Source: Basidiobolus meristosporus CBS 931.73 (lineage: Eukaryota > Fungi > Basidiobolomycota). From it: 64,000 nt of DNA. Location of the stretch: positions 108,587-172,586 of the forward strand of contig MCFE01000098.1 in NCBI GenBank assembly GCA_002104905.1, given 5' to 3'. How positions within the stretch are numbered: position 1 is the stretch's first letter; the number at the start of each line of letters is the position of its first letter. Position numbers and translations under genes: made by a program. Of the stretch, positions 1-12,465 are shown piece after piece. Below the pieces are notes generated by a model. The model did not search any database. It was given only the letters and a program-made list of their open reading frames with translations, and was not told where the DNA came from.

Positions 1-133
1 AACCGCGATGCAGCGTAAAAATATCAGCACACGACCGACGACTCGCGTCACTCATTGGCGAGGGGTTATTATTATCCTCACTCGGTAGGGGAATATATAT
101 AAGGTGCGTGACAACCTACGGACTTGGGTAACG

Positions 134-990
134 ATGGGCCGCAAGAAGATCAAGGTAACCCAGCCGACCTGCCTTCCTTTGGTATCCTCGACGATCTGAT
201 CCTTACCTTCGTCCCCAGATAAAAACCATCGAGAACGATCGGCAAAAGACCGTCACCTTCACCCGTCGCCGAAGCGGTCTGATCAAGAAGGCCCACGAGC
301 TGGCGGTGTTGTGCGACTGCAAGGTTGTCCTGCTCATGTTTGACGCCAGGGATGCATGTCATATGGTACATTCTCTTTATCTACACTGTCTTGTCTATCT
401 CATCTCACCCCGTCCCATGCGTCCGAGTAGTATTCATCCGAGGACGACCCGGAGGAGCTGATCCACAAGTACTACCACAAGGAGTTCAACACCGTCGAAG
501 GGAAGGTAAGCGTTTGCTTTGGTTCGTCCGGTACGGGAATGGGCTGATGACGCTTTTCCAGCGCAAGGGCAGCAAGGCCAGACCTGAGGACAGGGACGCT
601 CGCTCCACTGTGGTGAACGAATACCGGATCACCACCAACGGGGAGGGGTCGGAGAACATCCAGGTGAAGCAAGTGAGGAATCTTCACAACCCCGGGTCGA
701 TCCTTCTACCCCTCGAGCAGCCCGTAGTCGGCTCTTCCCAGCCCTTCATGCCGTTGCCACCGGCCATCCCTACCCTCGAGGACTACTCTATCATCCCGGT
801 GGAGCATGAGGACAACTATCACCATACCGATCCCGGATACCTGAATCAATTCGGAGAAGCTAGGCCCTTGCTGGAGTATCCCGCCACGGAATCCGAACCA
901 TACGGAGAGATGAAATACTTCTATCAAATCCCAACCACCAGGCCGTCGCTCTACGAAGCCAACAGCTACCAGTCCCATCCGCCGTTCTGA
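134..990 (+). CDS. MADS-box transcription factor (MEF2/Rlm1-like, type II), spliced
   Basis: Spliced translation MGRKKIK|IKTIENDRQKTVTFTRRRSGLIKKAHELAVLCDCKVVLLMFD...|YSSEDDPEELIHKY. GT-AG introns at 155-218, 366-430 and a third from ~506. TATA-like ATATATATAA upstream; Pro-rich C-terminus ends at 990. Confidence 0.9.
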
Positions 991-1099
991 CCGGGCCCTG
1001 TTGGTGTATATAATTGCTGTATACCTTCTTATCACTACATACGCATCGCTCTCGAGATATCTACCTAATAAATTCCCCTTATCAACAACCAGGTGGGAC

Positions 1100-2490
1100 T
1101 TACAAGCCTCTGATGAATCTCCCCAACTTCTCGGTTTCTTCCCGAGCGGCTGCCTTGCAGTGGTCGGGGGTGGTCGGCTCGGGATCCCCCGCTCGGAACT
1201 CGTGTGGACCCTCGTCTAGCTTGTGCAATTCGTAGGAGTTCGGAGGTTGCGCGTGGGATTCTTTGGCAGGCATGCGATAGAACGATGAGCCAGTGACCTC
1301 ACATCGGTGGGACCCAAACATCTTCCACACCGCCCACTGCATAAACCGAGCGTGTGTCGAAGGGCAAAGCCCGGGGGAGTGGATCTTCAATGGGGTCGAG
1401 TCATCCTCCTCCACGCAATACGTGACAATCAGTCTCTCACGGACGACCAACAAGGAGTTGTGGAGCGCGGGGTCCATCAGGAACGCCACTAAATTAAGGA
1501 CACCTAGGAGAGGGTTCTCAGCAGGGGCACTCGGAAAACATTCACTCGCTTCTTACCTGGCAGATCGGTGCCAATGACCGACCAGTAGTTGATTTGAGGA
1601 TTCATCGAGTGTTGGAACTGCAACCACAGCTCCATCAAGATGAAGCCACCCTGGGTGATGATCGGGATGAGGGTGTAGAGGGCGATCCTGGCGACCAAGC
1701 GGTTGATGGTCTTCTGGGTCTTTCTGCGGCGTGGTTCGGTCGTCTCGAGCCCGCTCAACGAGTAGTTCCTATCGATGTTGGAGATCCTGCGTAGCCTCAT
1801 CTCCAGTTTGATGATCACCAGGGTCACCACCACCAGACAGTAAATCGACCCGGCCACCACCCAAAACAAGAAAGAGCCCCATTCCCACACCTTCGTACGC
1901 GTGCTGGAGTACCTCTTCCACCAGCACACCCCGACATTGTCGTCCCAGCCTACCCTCCCTGCGGCCCAAGCGGGGACGGTCGTGGCAAACGCAAGCGATG
2001 TGGACACCAGAAAGTAGATGCGCTCAAGGCTCGGGTGGTATGGTTTCTCGTGCAGAAAGACGTATTGCAGGTTGAATGCGATCATGCAGGTCAGGAAGAT
2101 GTAGTAGTTGGTGAGAAAGATGATGGCCCTAGGAGGGGGTTAGTTCGGGTGGCCGCGGGAACGAGTCGACTTCACAGAAACCTACCAGGCGGAAAAGTCG
2201 CACGCAGGCCCGCTCACCGCAACGAAGGTGAACAGAATGTAGACGATCGCCTTGAGCACGTCCACCGCGGATATGGCAGCAGTCAGGCGTAGGGAAACTC
2301 GATCCATGAGCTTCGGCTCGAAGGCTCGGATCGAGAAGTAAATGACGAGCACCAGGGAGCCGCATATTATGGACGCGGAGTTCAGAACGACATTGATGAT
2401 GGTCACCGCGCGGTTTTCATGATCCCCCTTCAACACAAGGTCGTAGCCCGGGTCGAAATCCCAGGAATTCAGCGAGGTCGTTGTTACCAT
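1100..2490 (-). CDS. 7-TM GPCR, cAMP-receptor/Git3-like, 3 exons
   Basis: ORFs 2182-2490, 1504-2085 and 1100-1489 join via GT-AG introns. Hydrophobic helices with DRVSLRL after TM1, MIAFNLQYVF, a GW...CW loop, RIALYTLIPII and FLMDPAL. Confidence 0.8.
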
Positions 2491-2827
2491 GAGGAGAGAG
2501 ACGGTGCCGTAAAAAAACTGGCTATCCGGCCCCGGTCAGGTAGTTATACTCTCTTGCCATTCGGGTCACACATGGTTCAATTGGCTGGCAGTGATAGAAT
2601 TTAATCTTCGTTCACCTTGCAACCCCATCGGCCAGTCCCGGTTACACAAGAGGACATTGGTCCAGAACTAACGTATGGAGGCTATCTGATGGCGATTTCT
2701 CTAGGAAGGCTATTGAGTGGTGATTTCTGGTGTTACCCGAAATACCAGTCTTGATGACGATTCGTGTGGTAATTCGTGTGGTAACGATGGTTTATTATTA
2801 TTATAACAAAACGGTGGCAATCTAGAA

Positions 2828-5579
2828 CTAGTATTCTGCATAGCGCACTTCGCCATTATCCATCACCCATTCACAGTACTTTCTCAAGAACTCATCCTTC
2901 ATGCCCACCGTCTCGCTATCGCCGATGACACAGAGGTGACGCTTCGGGCGGGTGATTGCCACATTCAGACGTCGGGAATCCGAGAGAAATCCAACCTCCC
3001 CGGAGTCGTTGGATCGAACCATCGAGAAGATCACCGCTTCTATTGGACATCGTCGATTAAGTAAGCGAGCCAGCCACAAACAGATCTCGATCACCTACCT
3101 TTTTCTCGTCCTTGGAAGCCGTCCACTAAACAATGCCATTGGGTCAGTAGGGAAGTGTAGTCGATGTTATCATAGCAATGACCCACCGGAGCCTATTTCG
3201 AGTTCTGGATAAGCCTCCTTCAAGGCTAGCGTCAGCATCTTGACTTGGGCGTTGTACGGGGTGATCACGGCGATGTCCTCCTCGTGGAGCCCTGCTTCGA
3301 TGAGACTTTTGACGTGCTCCACCACCACAGTGACCTCCCCCTCGTTGTATTTACTGTCGCCGTCCTTCTCGCTGTCCCCCGCCTCGGCCAGCTCGTTCAT
3401 CCCCGCATGGGCCGTGTCAATGAACACCAGTGGGGCGAGGGTGTTGTCGGTCTCCTCGACGTCCGGAATCTGGCTGAGCAGTCGTTCACGGACCGACGCA
3501 TGCGCCACCAGCTTGTCTTCGTAGAATTCCATCGAAGGGAATTTCATGATCATGTCGTGCATCCGATATTGCGTGGTCAGCATGTACTTCACCTTGCTTC
3601 CGTAAACAGCGAGCATGCGATCAAACAGGGTGATCTCCAGGCTTTTTCCGGAGGAGGGGTCGGGTCGCTCGGTGGGGGAGGAGGGGTTGTTGCGATTGGA
3701 TTTGAGGGACTTTATGGTTGGCGGCAGCTGCAGATGATCCCCGGCCTATTCACAACAACAATGGTCAGGGATGGTTACGCACGGATCACAACTTGGATGG
3801 CGGTTACCAAAATCACTTTCTCGGCCTTGAGAATGGCGATCCAGCATTCCTAATTAGATCAGAGAAGCATTGGTTAGTGCGCGAAAGGTGCGTAGTCCCG
3901 AGATCCCTGCTTACAGCTAACAATACAAGTGGTTAGAGGGGATCCATGCTGTGACAAATGATTCCAATCCCACCTTCCAGCGCCTGTGTTGCTTCGTCAA
4001 TGATCACAACGTCAAACTTCCGGTTCTTCATGGTCTTGCTTCCACACCTGCGACAAATCTCGCATTGTTATTCCCTGCAAAGACGGCCAAGTTGGAGGGG
4101 CCTTACCCATTCAGGGTGCTCAGGATCACCGGGGTCTCCTCGAGCAGCTCATTCACCACCCTCCCTTCCCGCTCCCTGAATTCTTTCTTGAGGTCCTTGA
4201 GCTGCTGGTAAAAGCCCTTTCTCTCGGAGCGGTTCCTCGACTTCTGAATACTCGCCATGGTCTGGTCCATCTCCTTCCGTATGTCGCTCACCAGTTGCCC
4301 TTGATCACACGTTTGTGTCACGACGTCGAGGGCGTGCTCCATCACTGCAGGCAAGATTCGCGCAGGATGGCCGACTCGCAGAATATTGATTCGGCATTTG
4401 GCCAGCCTTTCGACCAGATTGTCGACCGAGATATTCGAGGGGCCACACACCAAGACCTTTTTTTCCTGCTTCACCAGCTGTCGGATGATCTCGATCAGCG
4501 TATACGTCTTACCCGTCTAGCCAGGTTGAAAGCGCTGTTTAGCCGCATGTCTTCACTAGGAAACATAAGATTACCTACTCCTGAGCACAATGGACATGAG
4601 TAAGTGGGCCGTAGCCGGGAAGCCATGATGAATCTCTAACCTGGCGGGCCGTGGATCAAGGCGATCTCGTTGGAATTCAGCCCGAATTTCACTGCTTCCT
4701 TCTGCGAGTCGTTCAGATTCTTGTCGAAGAAGGCGATTTTGTTGAATTTTGTCGAGGCTGATGGGGGCTGGAGATTGAAGAGAACCCGAATCAAACTGGT
4801 CTCCCGCGCTCGCTTGAGGTCCATCATGGCCCATTTCATTCTGAAATTGGAAGGCCTTAGCTATGGTTTGCATATGCATGTTTGCTATCGGTCTACCTTT
4901 CGTAGCTGATATTGTTGGCCAGCTTTGTTCTGATCGAATACCAATAAAAGTGGTGAGTGCCTACTCTATCCAATTAATAGTACGCTTCCACCATACATTT
5001 TACATCTGTCCTCCCATTCAACTGGTATCTCCTCCTTCACTGCTACGGTGATAACCGTATCCGTGACCTTCAGTACAACCCCGTCGACGAAAGGAATGGT
5101 TTCGTTGGGCTTCAAGGGTGCCCCGCTTGTAGAACCGGAGCCGGTGGTGACATTTTTGGCGACAGCAAGAGTAGTTCCGCTTGGGGTGTTTGCGGAAACG
5201 CGAAGATCTTCGGTGATTGCAATAATATCTCCAGAGCGGATGCGATGTGGTAGAAAGGCTGAGAGATGCAGGGGCGGCTCAAAGTCAACGACGCTTTGTA
5301 ATAAGAAATATAACATGTAATAATAATATAAACTCCAGTTAGTCGACTCCTCTCAATCTCTAGACTACGATTGGTACTTCCAAAAAGCGAACATCAGATC
5401 TCGTACCTCTTTCCGCCAAGACCGGTTCGAAGTGCTGTAATGCGCAGACCACCCAAGGCAACTCCACGTCTCTGCAGCTGTTGTATCGATTTTTGACCTA
5501 GTAGTTCCGAGTTCTCATCGATTTCTAGTTGTCTTTCTTTTTCCAACAGGTCCAGTTGGTTCTTTACAAACGTCTCCAT
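2828..5579 (-). CDS. IGHMBP2: SF1 (Upf1-like) helicase, IGHMBP2/SMUBP-2/Hcs1 family, multi-exon with two 2-nt micro-exons
   Basis: Motifs LNDSQKEAV, IHGPPGTGKT, VLVCGPSNISVDNL, DEATQALEAECW, AGDHLQLPP, LTTQYRM, ITPYNAQV, VDGFQGREKEA and RRLNVAITRPKRHL; N-terminal LLEKERQLE. Confidence 0.92.
3915..3916 (-). other. 2-nt micro-exon (CT) completing an Ala codon in DEATQALE-A-ECW (helicase motif II)
   Basis: Minus strand: gaa g|GTGGGA...CTAAC...TTAG|CT|GTAAGC...CTAAC...TTAG|gaa tgc tgg. Introns 3917-3973 (57 nt) and 3850-3914 (65 nt). Confidence 0.85.
4579..4580 (-). other. 2-nt micro-exon (GA) completing the Gly codon of Walker A GPPG/TGKT
   Basis: Minus strand: cca g|GTTAGA...CTCAG|GA|GTAGGT...CTAG|acg ggt aag acg. 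Flanking introns 4581-4640 (60 nt) and 4517-4578 (62 nt). Confidence 0.85.
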
Positions 5580-5745
5580 TTCTAGTGCCCGCTTGGTGTA
5601 TGGGGGAAATTGTTGTTAGAAACCGCTAAATAACCACAATAATGCAAGATATCAAATTTGGTGTGCATCCCATTTAGAAATTGTATTAACTGGTTGATTT
5701 TATTAGTATCTATGAAATCCAGACAATTCCCAGTGAATTCTGCAG

Positions 5746-8700
5746 TTACTCGCTATCCGACAATACAATGGCTGATCGCTTTCTCTTCGAAAGTGGACCT
5801 GGCCCGTCGCTTTGCTTACCCCGTCGTTTGGAGCTTCTTGTTTCTCGCTTGGTGATAACTGGGGATGGTTGTTCGTTCAGGGAGCCCAGCTCCTCCGCTG
5901 AGTTAGCCTCAATGTCTAGAAATACAATTAGTGAAAGAATCCGGAATGCTCCCAATCCCAAAACTAACTTACCGATCTCATCGATGTAGAAGACAGGATA
6001 GAGCTGCTGGAAGTCAAACGAATTCACAATGGTCTTGAGTGGAGCTGTGACTGGAGAATCTTTTAACAAACGCTCTTTACAGTGGATAAAATGTCAGTTC
6101 TTCTGAAAACTTGGGTGGCTCGGTTGTTGCGTCTAACATACCAGTAAACTCTTCCAGCGCACTCCCACTTAATTGAACACTCGACAGCCAAAGGTGCAGT
6201 GAGTCGAGATGGATTTTGGAACGGTCCATTAATTCAGATTCGTCGTTCGCTCCCGCTTTGATTTCAGTGGCAATCTCAAGAAAGATGTCACCAAATGCCT
6301 GCGCCAGAGAGTCCGACCACAAGCGACTCCATTGCGTTAAACACGATCTGAAGAAAGGATCACTTCCACCGTCTCTGTGATTTCCTAGTGTAGACACGAT
6401 CTGCTTGGTCGGGGGAACAGTACGGAGCAGGGCTAACAAGCCGTTCAGCGCCTCAGGGTTAGCTGGAAAGAAAACGTAAATAGGGAATTCGACATGAACA
6501 ATCCATCAAAGCCTACCATCTGCTTGTAGTTTATCAAATAACGAAGCAAAAAGCATCTCAACAAGCTCAGTTTTCCCGGCTATTTCAGCAGCGATGAGTT
6601 GCCAGACACAGATCTGCTCAAAGGTCTCCCATTCTAGGGTCGGTCCTAAAGATGGCAATGATAAGGGAGCTGGTCTTCGACCCTTTCGTGGACACTCTTA
6701 CCAACTGATGTTTCGTAGTCTGACTGGCCGAACATGGTGAGCTCGTCAGAATTCAGGCTTGTCATGAGTTGATAGACCTGGCAACTGAAAGGTTAGTTAT
6801 CAGGGCCCCAGATGGGCAAGGAAGCCAATTGTACCTGGGAAGGATCCATCATTGCAACGGCCAAATGCAAGAAGTCGGTGTTGCCAACACAGATTTCCGG
6901 GTATTTCTTGAATATATACGGCAGAACTTCGTAAAACAGGTTGATTTGACTTTCTTGCAAGCTCTAAACACTAGCTGTCAGTCAACATGCCTATCGCCTA
7001 TTGAGTAATGCTGTTACCATACCGTCATGTCTTTGAGTAGTTGCTCCTTCAATGGAGCATCCTCTACTGTGGCAAATGCGGTGTATTTGTCTAGCAGCAC
7101 ATTATCAAATTTGTTTTTAGAGCCGTGAACACTATGTCTAGATAGCAGTGGTCAGTTAACAGGAGCCTAGGACTTTCATGATCATCAACTCACTTAAATA
7201 TGCACAGAATCCATCGGAATCCCACTGCCTCGACTTTTCCGGAGATTTTGTTTAAAAGAGTCAACATCCGAGTTTCCAAAGCGGGATCTGATGAGGAGGT
7301 CCAAGCTTGATCCAACAGAATACTTATCAAGTCTTTGCTCTCTTCATCCTGTGTAAAATAATCTTGGTCCAGATCGGTTAAGGTGGATTTTCTCACGGCT
7401 CTAGATAAAGAAGGGGCGAGGTTTTCGGGCGGGACAGCCTGTGGCGAGGTGTTCAGTCAAAATGAATTGGTAAACAATACGTGTTCTTGCGTACCGTCTT
7501 CGCAAATACTTCTAGAATCTCTTTCAAAAGAGTCTCGGATTTCTCGATCTCTTCATTTGTGGTGGCCTCTCTAAAATCTTTGAGCAGGTCACCGAAAAGC
7601 CATAAGCTGGCTTCATCGACACTTTCTTCTTCTTCATCCTCCTCCTCTTCTCCTTCCCCTTCCCCTTCTTCTTCCTCGTTCTCTACATCCAAGCTTGCTT
7701 CATTCTCTGTCCCCTCTTCATACTGCTCCTCGGTTTCGAAGTCTTCATTTGCACCCTCTAAAACATCAGACTCTTGTTGGTTCTCCATCCCGTTGAAATC
7801 CATACTCATCTCGTCGTAGGGGTTGGAATTTTCGTTTTGATCGCCCTCAATAAACCCGGATTCATTGTTCTCTCCTTCGGTCAAGCCTAGAGAAGGGTTA
7901 ATCAGAGGGGTCGTTATATTGGTCTATGATCAAAAGATCATCGCTACCTGAATAACTAGACGCTACATCTTCTTCTGCAGTCTCCTCTGCACCATTCTCT
8001 TCTTCAGGATCTTCTTGGAAGGCTTGTCCTAGTTGGCCAGTAAACGAGCTCTGGATATCCATTTGGAATGGATCTTTATCATCCTCGAATCCGCTAGAGG
8101 TTGCTTGTGGCTCAGAAGAATCAAGGGAGGGATTGTTGAGGCTGTTCTGATTGACCACATTTCCAAGTATTTGGCTGATTCCTTGTCGGACGCTTGAAGG
8201 TATCGCTGGATTCCCCAACATATTGTTAAACGACCGGATAACTCCCTTCTCCATGATCGTTTGCATGGCGGAGCGTACATGCAGTTTAATATCGTTGGCT
8301 TTTTCCGGGTAGTATTCCTCTACTACAAATTGTAGAAACTCGAGTAGGATACTAGTAATGAATGCATACTTCTCCACGGATCTCTCCATCAGCAACACGG
8401 CGGGTTCTGAAAGCGATGGGTCAACAGGTGAGGGGTTTTGAATAAATTTAACTGAGGGCACGTACCGATGTTCATAATGTTGTCTATGTTAGGATCGTAG
8501 AACAGCCAATCGTAAAACAATGCTAACTTAGCATTGCTAGCGGCAGCATGAGACTACAAGCCATATCAGCATAGCTCGTCGTGTGAGAAAACAATGAATC
8601 TCTAGCGTACCTTGATCCCTCTAATCAGCCCACCAATGATTACATATCTAGGCACAATATCCGACGCTAGGACTGCATTTGTGGGATGGTAAACGCCACA

Positions 8701-10225
8701 TATGTATCGAATGAGATCACAATACAGCGTCTCGGAATCTGGCGTTGACAGGTAGCGGCTGATGAACCACTGAAGATTTCGCTGATGGCGGCCCCACCGT
8801 AACTAGTGTCAATCTAGAGGTTAGTTCCATGGTATTGTTGACCACCTCTACATAAAGACTCACGCTTTCCATGATGTGAAGAAGCTTAAGCTCCATATCA
8901 AACGTTAGTCTGCTTTGCAGATAAATCTTTGGAGTAGGTACTGAGAGAATGTGCCAAACACCTAGATTGCCGCATAGTAAATTAAGTGTCCAGCACCTAG
9001 GTTCAGCACCGCTTACCTCGAAAGTGTGGACTTATCTTCTCGGGCCGATAGAAGAGGTCGATCCAGATCTGTTCGAACTCGGGGATGCGCGCTACATCCT
9101 GTAGAGCTCGAATTAGATCGCGCCCGATGTTGGAACACTCTATGAACTTTGCTCTGGTTAGCTGGTGGTTATCGAAGGTGAGCATCTGCCAGTGGAACGT
9201 GGCTTACTTTTTCGCGTAGCAGATACACGCAGAAATCTGTCTCCTTCTGCCGTAGCTCCAGATATTTCCCATGATCCAAGATCACTCTTATAAACGTATA
9301 AAAGGATGATGCAATGACTACAGGAAATAGATTCATCCACTGTCTAGAGCACCCATCTTTGCTTAACAACTAAATCCTTTTTAAAGCCAAGTGAGACGAA
9401 GACCAACCTATTCTTGGAGAGTAAATCGACCATGGCTTCGCAGAATGACAGGTTCTTCTGTGTTACATCGCCACCTGGACAAATACGTGAGTAATCCAGT
9501 AAAGCCCCCATCAATTGACCTCGACATCTCACCTCTGATTTGGCGGAGCAATATCGTATACAAACTGTCTATTCCCTGCACGTTCATTCCTGTCAGTTGA
9601 TCAACCATCCATAGAAGCTTTGAAAGGTAACGCTCTAGTTAGCACATGGCTCCACTACAGGCAAAGATAAGGACCAACCTGGCTTCTGGTTTTGACATTC
9701 ATCTTGCAAAATCTGGGCAGGGCTGCCAAGTACTTCAACTTCCCTACGATATACGCAAATCCATCTCTAACAATGAAATTGAGATATCTAAAATACTGGA
9801 AACCACTTTAAGGTTGAGGCCGGACAATTCTCTCTCGAGGCTGGAAGTTGGATATTACCTCGTTGGCGTTCGCACTATCCGATAGAATACCGTAGAGTAG
9901 ACCTTTTGCAAGTTGCGCATGCTTGGTCATACTTTGCGAGGCCTGGCAGGTAGCCGGAATGTTGTCAACACGAGTCCCAGGTGAACATATTCAACTGAAG
10001 CAAACCTTTTCCTGCAATTCGTTATGTAGCTCGATCTCTGATTTTTCTGCTATGGTCGTCTTGAGCTCCTCAAAACAAGCAGCCATTTCCTACACGATCA
10101 AAATAATCAGCACAGCCCTTCACGAAACTAAGCTAGACAATCGAAGGTACTTTATCCAACGCATCTATATCATCCACTGGTTCTAGATCCAACAGAATGG
10201 AACAGATCTCACTTGTCGTTGTCAT
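5746..10225 (-). CDS. INTS3: Integrator complex subunit 3 / SOSS-A homolog, many exons
   Basis: Spliced segments match recalled animal INTS3: [99 protein letters not shown]; C-terminal KRKR...SDSE. Confidence 0.88.
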
Positions 10226-10527
10226 GTTGCTTTACAGACAAACCTACGTGAGGAACAACGATAGAGTATGAATCGCAGATAGGATTGTTTCAGAATTGGA
10301 GGATTTTCAAATTGCCTACCAAATTTATCGAACAAAAGGATTGATCAATGTTGAAGTTGGATTATGTCCTCAGTCACATCGTTCAGGAGAATCGTCCCCA
10401 AGGGTTGGCAAATATTTACCAGCCTTCGAGAGAGGTGGAGGGGAGAGATCGATTCTTTTTTATTGTGGACTTCTATCAAAACTCCGGCTTATATGATGGA
10501 ATATTAAGGCTTCTCTGAGTTACGAGG

Positions 10528-11890
10528 TCACTGGGCTAGCACCTCACTGATTGCTGATTTGGAGTTGTCTTTGGGGGGACCGGCTCCATATTTCCACTTG
10601 GGATGAATGGGCTTTCGATGTATGAATACTTCAAACCCGTTCAACACTCCCCCCAACTGTAAAAACGCTGCAGCGAACACGTACACCCAAGCCTGATGAT
10701 ACCCTTTAAGTTGTAGTATCATGTGAATGATGGATGGAGTGAAGTGAAACACGTGAAGGAATAACGCTATTCCCAAATTCTCCGTATGTTTTCTATGTTT
10801 TTGCACGGCGTTCATGATTGTCGTGCTGTAACGGTGGTTCGAGTTGATACTCAAAGTCCGCTTGACCTTATCTGGAGAAGGGACTTCTCGGCGTGCCTCA
10901 GCAGTAGTCTTGAAAGTCATATCATGTATGACCAACAGATAGCACACCAACACTACAAACAGAACAATGTAATGAACGCTAAGGAACAATTTCAGAAACA
11001 CCCGGCCAGAGGACGTATGTTCGTTCACTAAGCACCTTGTAGCTGTGAATGAATATTAATCGTTCGGAAAGTGGAGGCTTTTTGGCTACATACCAATACA
11101 TATCTGGACCAAAGCTCCGGGTGTACACACCAGCAATGGCTGTTCCAAGGCAACTAAGGCCGCATCCTATCCAGACCTTCCAATCCCACCTGCCCAGATA
11201 GACATCAATTTTACGAACCAGTTGTAAGTAGGTGACTACAGCAACGGTTCCAACAACCGTCATTTCTATGAAGGTTCCGAGATAAATGATGCCCCCTATA
11301 ACGGCACAGGTCCTGGAGGACGGCAGCTCATCCCAGTACATGGTATCCGCCACCATGAACAGAGTGATGCATCCCAAGAACAAATCCAGGATCGCAATAT
11401 AAAACGGGAATCGAATGGAGGAAGATAGGTGTGGTTTCTTGGATTCATTTTGATTCCGATACTTGATCTCCTGGAAGTCAATGTAGGACATATATATGAC
11501 TCCCGACGAAGCGCATACATTCAACGTGGCGGTGATGGTGGTCAGCATGTAAAAGAAAATGGATCCATTTGGAGCGAAGTCTGAGAGGAAGTGGTTCTCA
11601 CCGAGCTCCTCCACGTTTGTGCCGTTGTGGGCCTGCTTGGGCTTGTGTCTCTCCTCGCCATGCCTTCTATGACCACCCCCGTGGCTAGTCTGGTTTTTTG
11701 GTTTCTTTGGGAGATCGCTCTGAGGCTTAGGCCGACTTGAATTAGTGCTAGCAGCCGGGGTCACTGGCTCACGGCGACGAACGAGGTGTACTGAAGTGGA
11801 AGCATCCTGGACTGTTGAAAGAGATAGATTTTTGTATAATACAGTGCAAATCAGCAATAGTCCAACTAGAATATAGCCAATCCGAGTCAT
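10528..11890 (-). CDS. 7-TM GPCR (Git3/cAMP-receptor-like) with signal peptide and long basic/His-rich N-terminal extension, 2 exons
   Basis: SIRFPFYIAILDL TM2 motif, C(A)VIGG TM3, LGRWDWK, FGPDMYW|CLV, GGVLNG TM7; one GT-AG intron near 11040-11095. Confidence 0.78.
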
Positions 11891-11940
11891 ACAAACTAGG
11901 CCCTAATTGCTATGTTATGGCCTTCGTTAAAACAAATGGT

Positions 11941-11982
11941 GGGTTAAGTGGGTTAGCCGGGTTAGTTGGGTTAGTAGGTTAG
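11941..11982. repeat. Five GGTTA(G/A) motifs at 9-bp spacing
   Basis: GGGTTAAGT GGGTTAGCC GGGTTAGTT GGGTTAGTA GGTTAG. Confidence 0.8.
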
Positions 11983-12465
11983 AAAAGGGCGGTGGAGGAG
12001 ACAAAGGGAAAGCCAGGGCAGATCAAGTCCACATATATAGATAAATGCGGGTGAGAGCGTGTGTGGTGGAATATCAAGATACAGAACATCGCTATCGAAG
12101 ACAATGGTATTTCCCATCAAACCAGATTCACACGCTCCAATGCATGGCGACAATGGTCTGCACGCGGTCTATCCGTCAGAGCATTATCAAGATGTCGCAA
12201 ACAATCGAAGATATTTCCCCTATGTGGAGCACAATCTCCCGCCCTGCATGAACGTTGATGCAACTCTAATCCTGGCATTGTACCTCTCCAGACAAGCGTG
12301 GCCTACGGTTGTAATGACTTTATTGTGCTGGAGTGGAGTCTAGAAATCACACCAGTGTGATGCCCATTAGCCACACTCAACGATGAACATGAATCAAGAG
12401 AAAAATTACAGAGATACGATGCATTTGATTTTCATTATATAACTGATATACAAGTAGCAAGTAGA

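Noticed and set aside
5746-10225. U12 introns in INTS3
   Set aside because: All donors I inspected were ordinary U2-type.
12045-12376. Small ORFs or possible spliced gene between GPCR2 and rlmN
   Set aside because: No homology recognised, weak donor site, and the TATA is better explained by the minus-strand GPCR.
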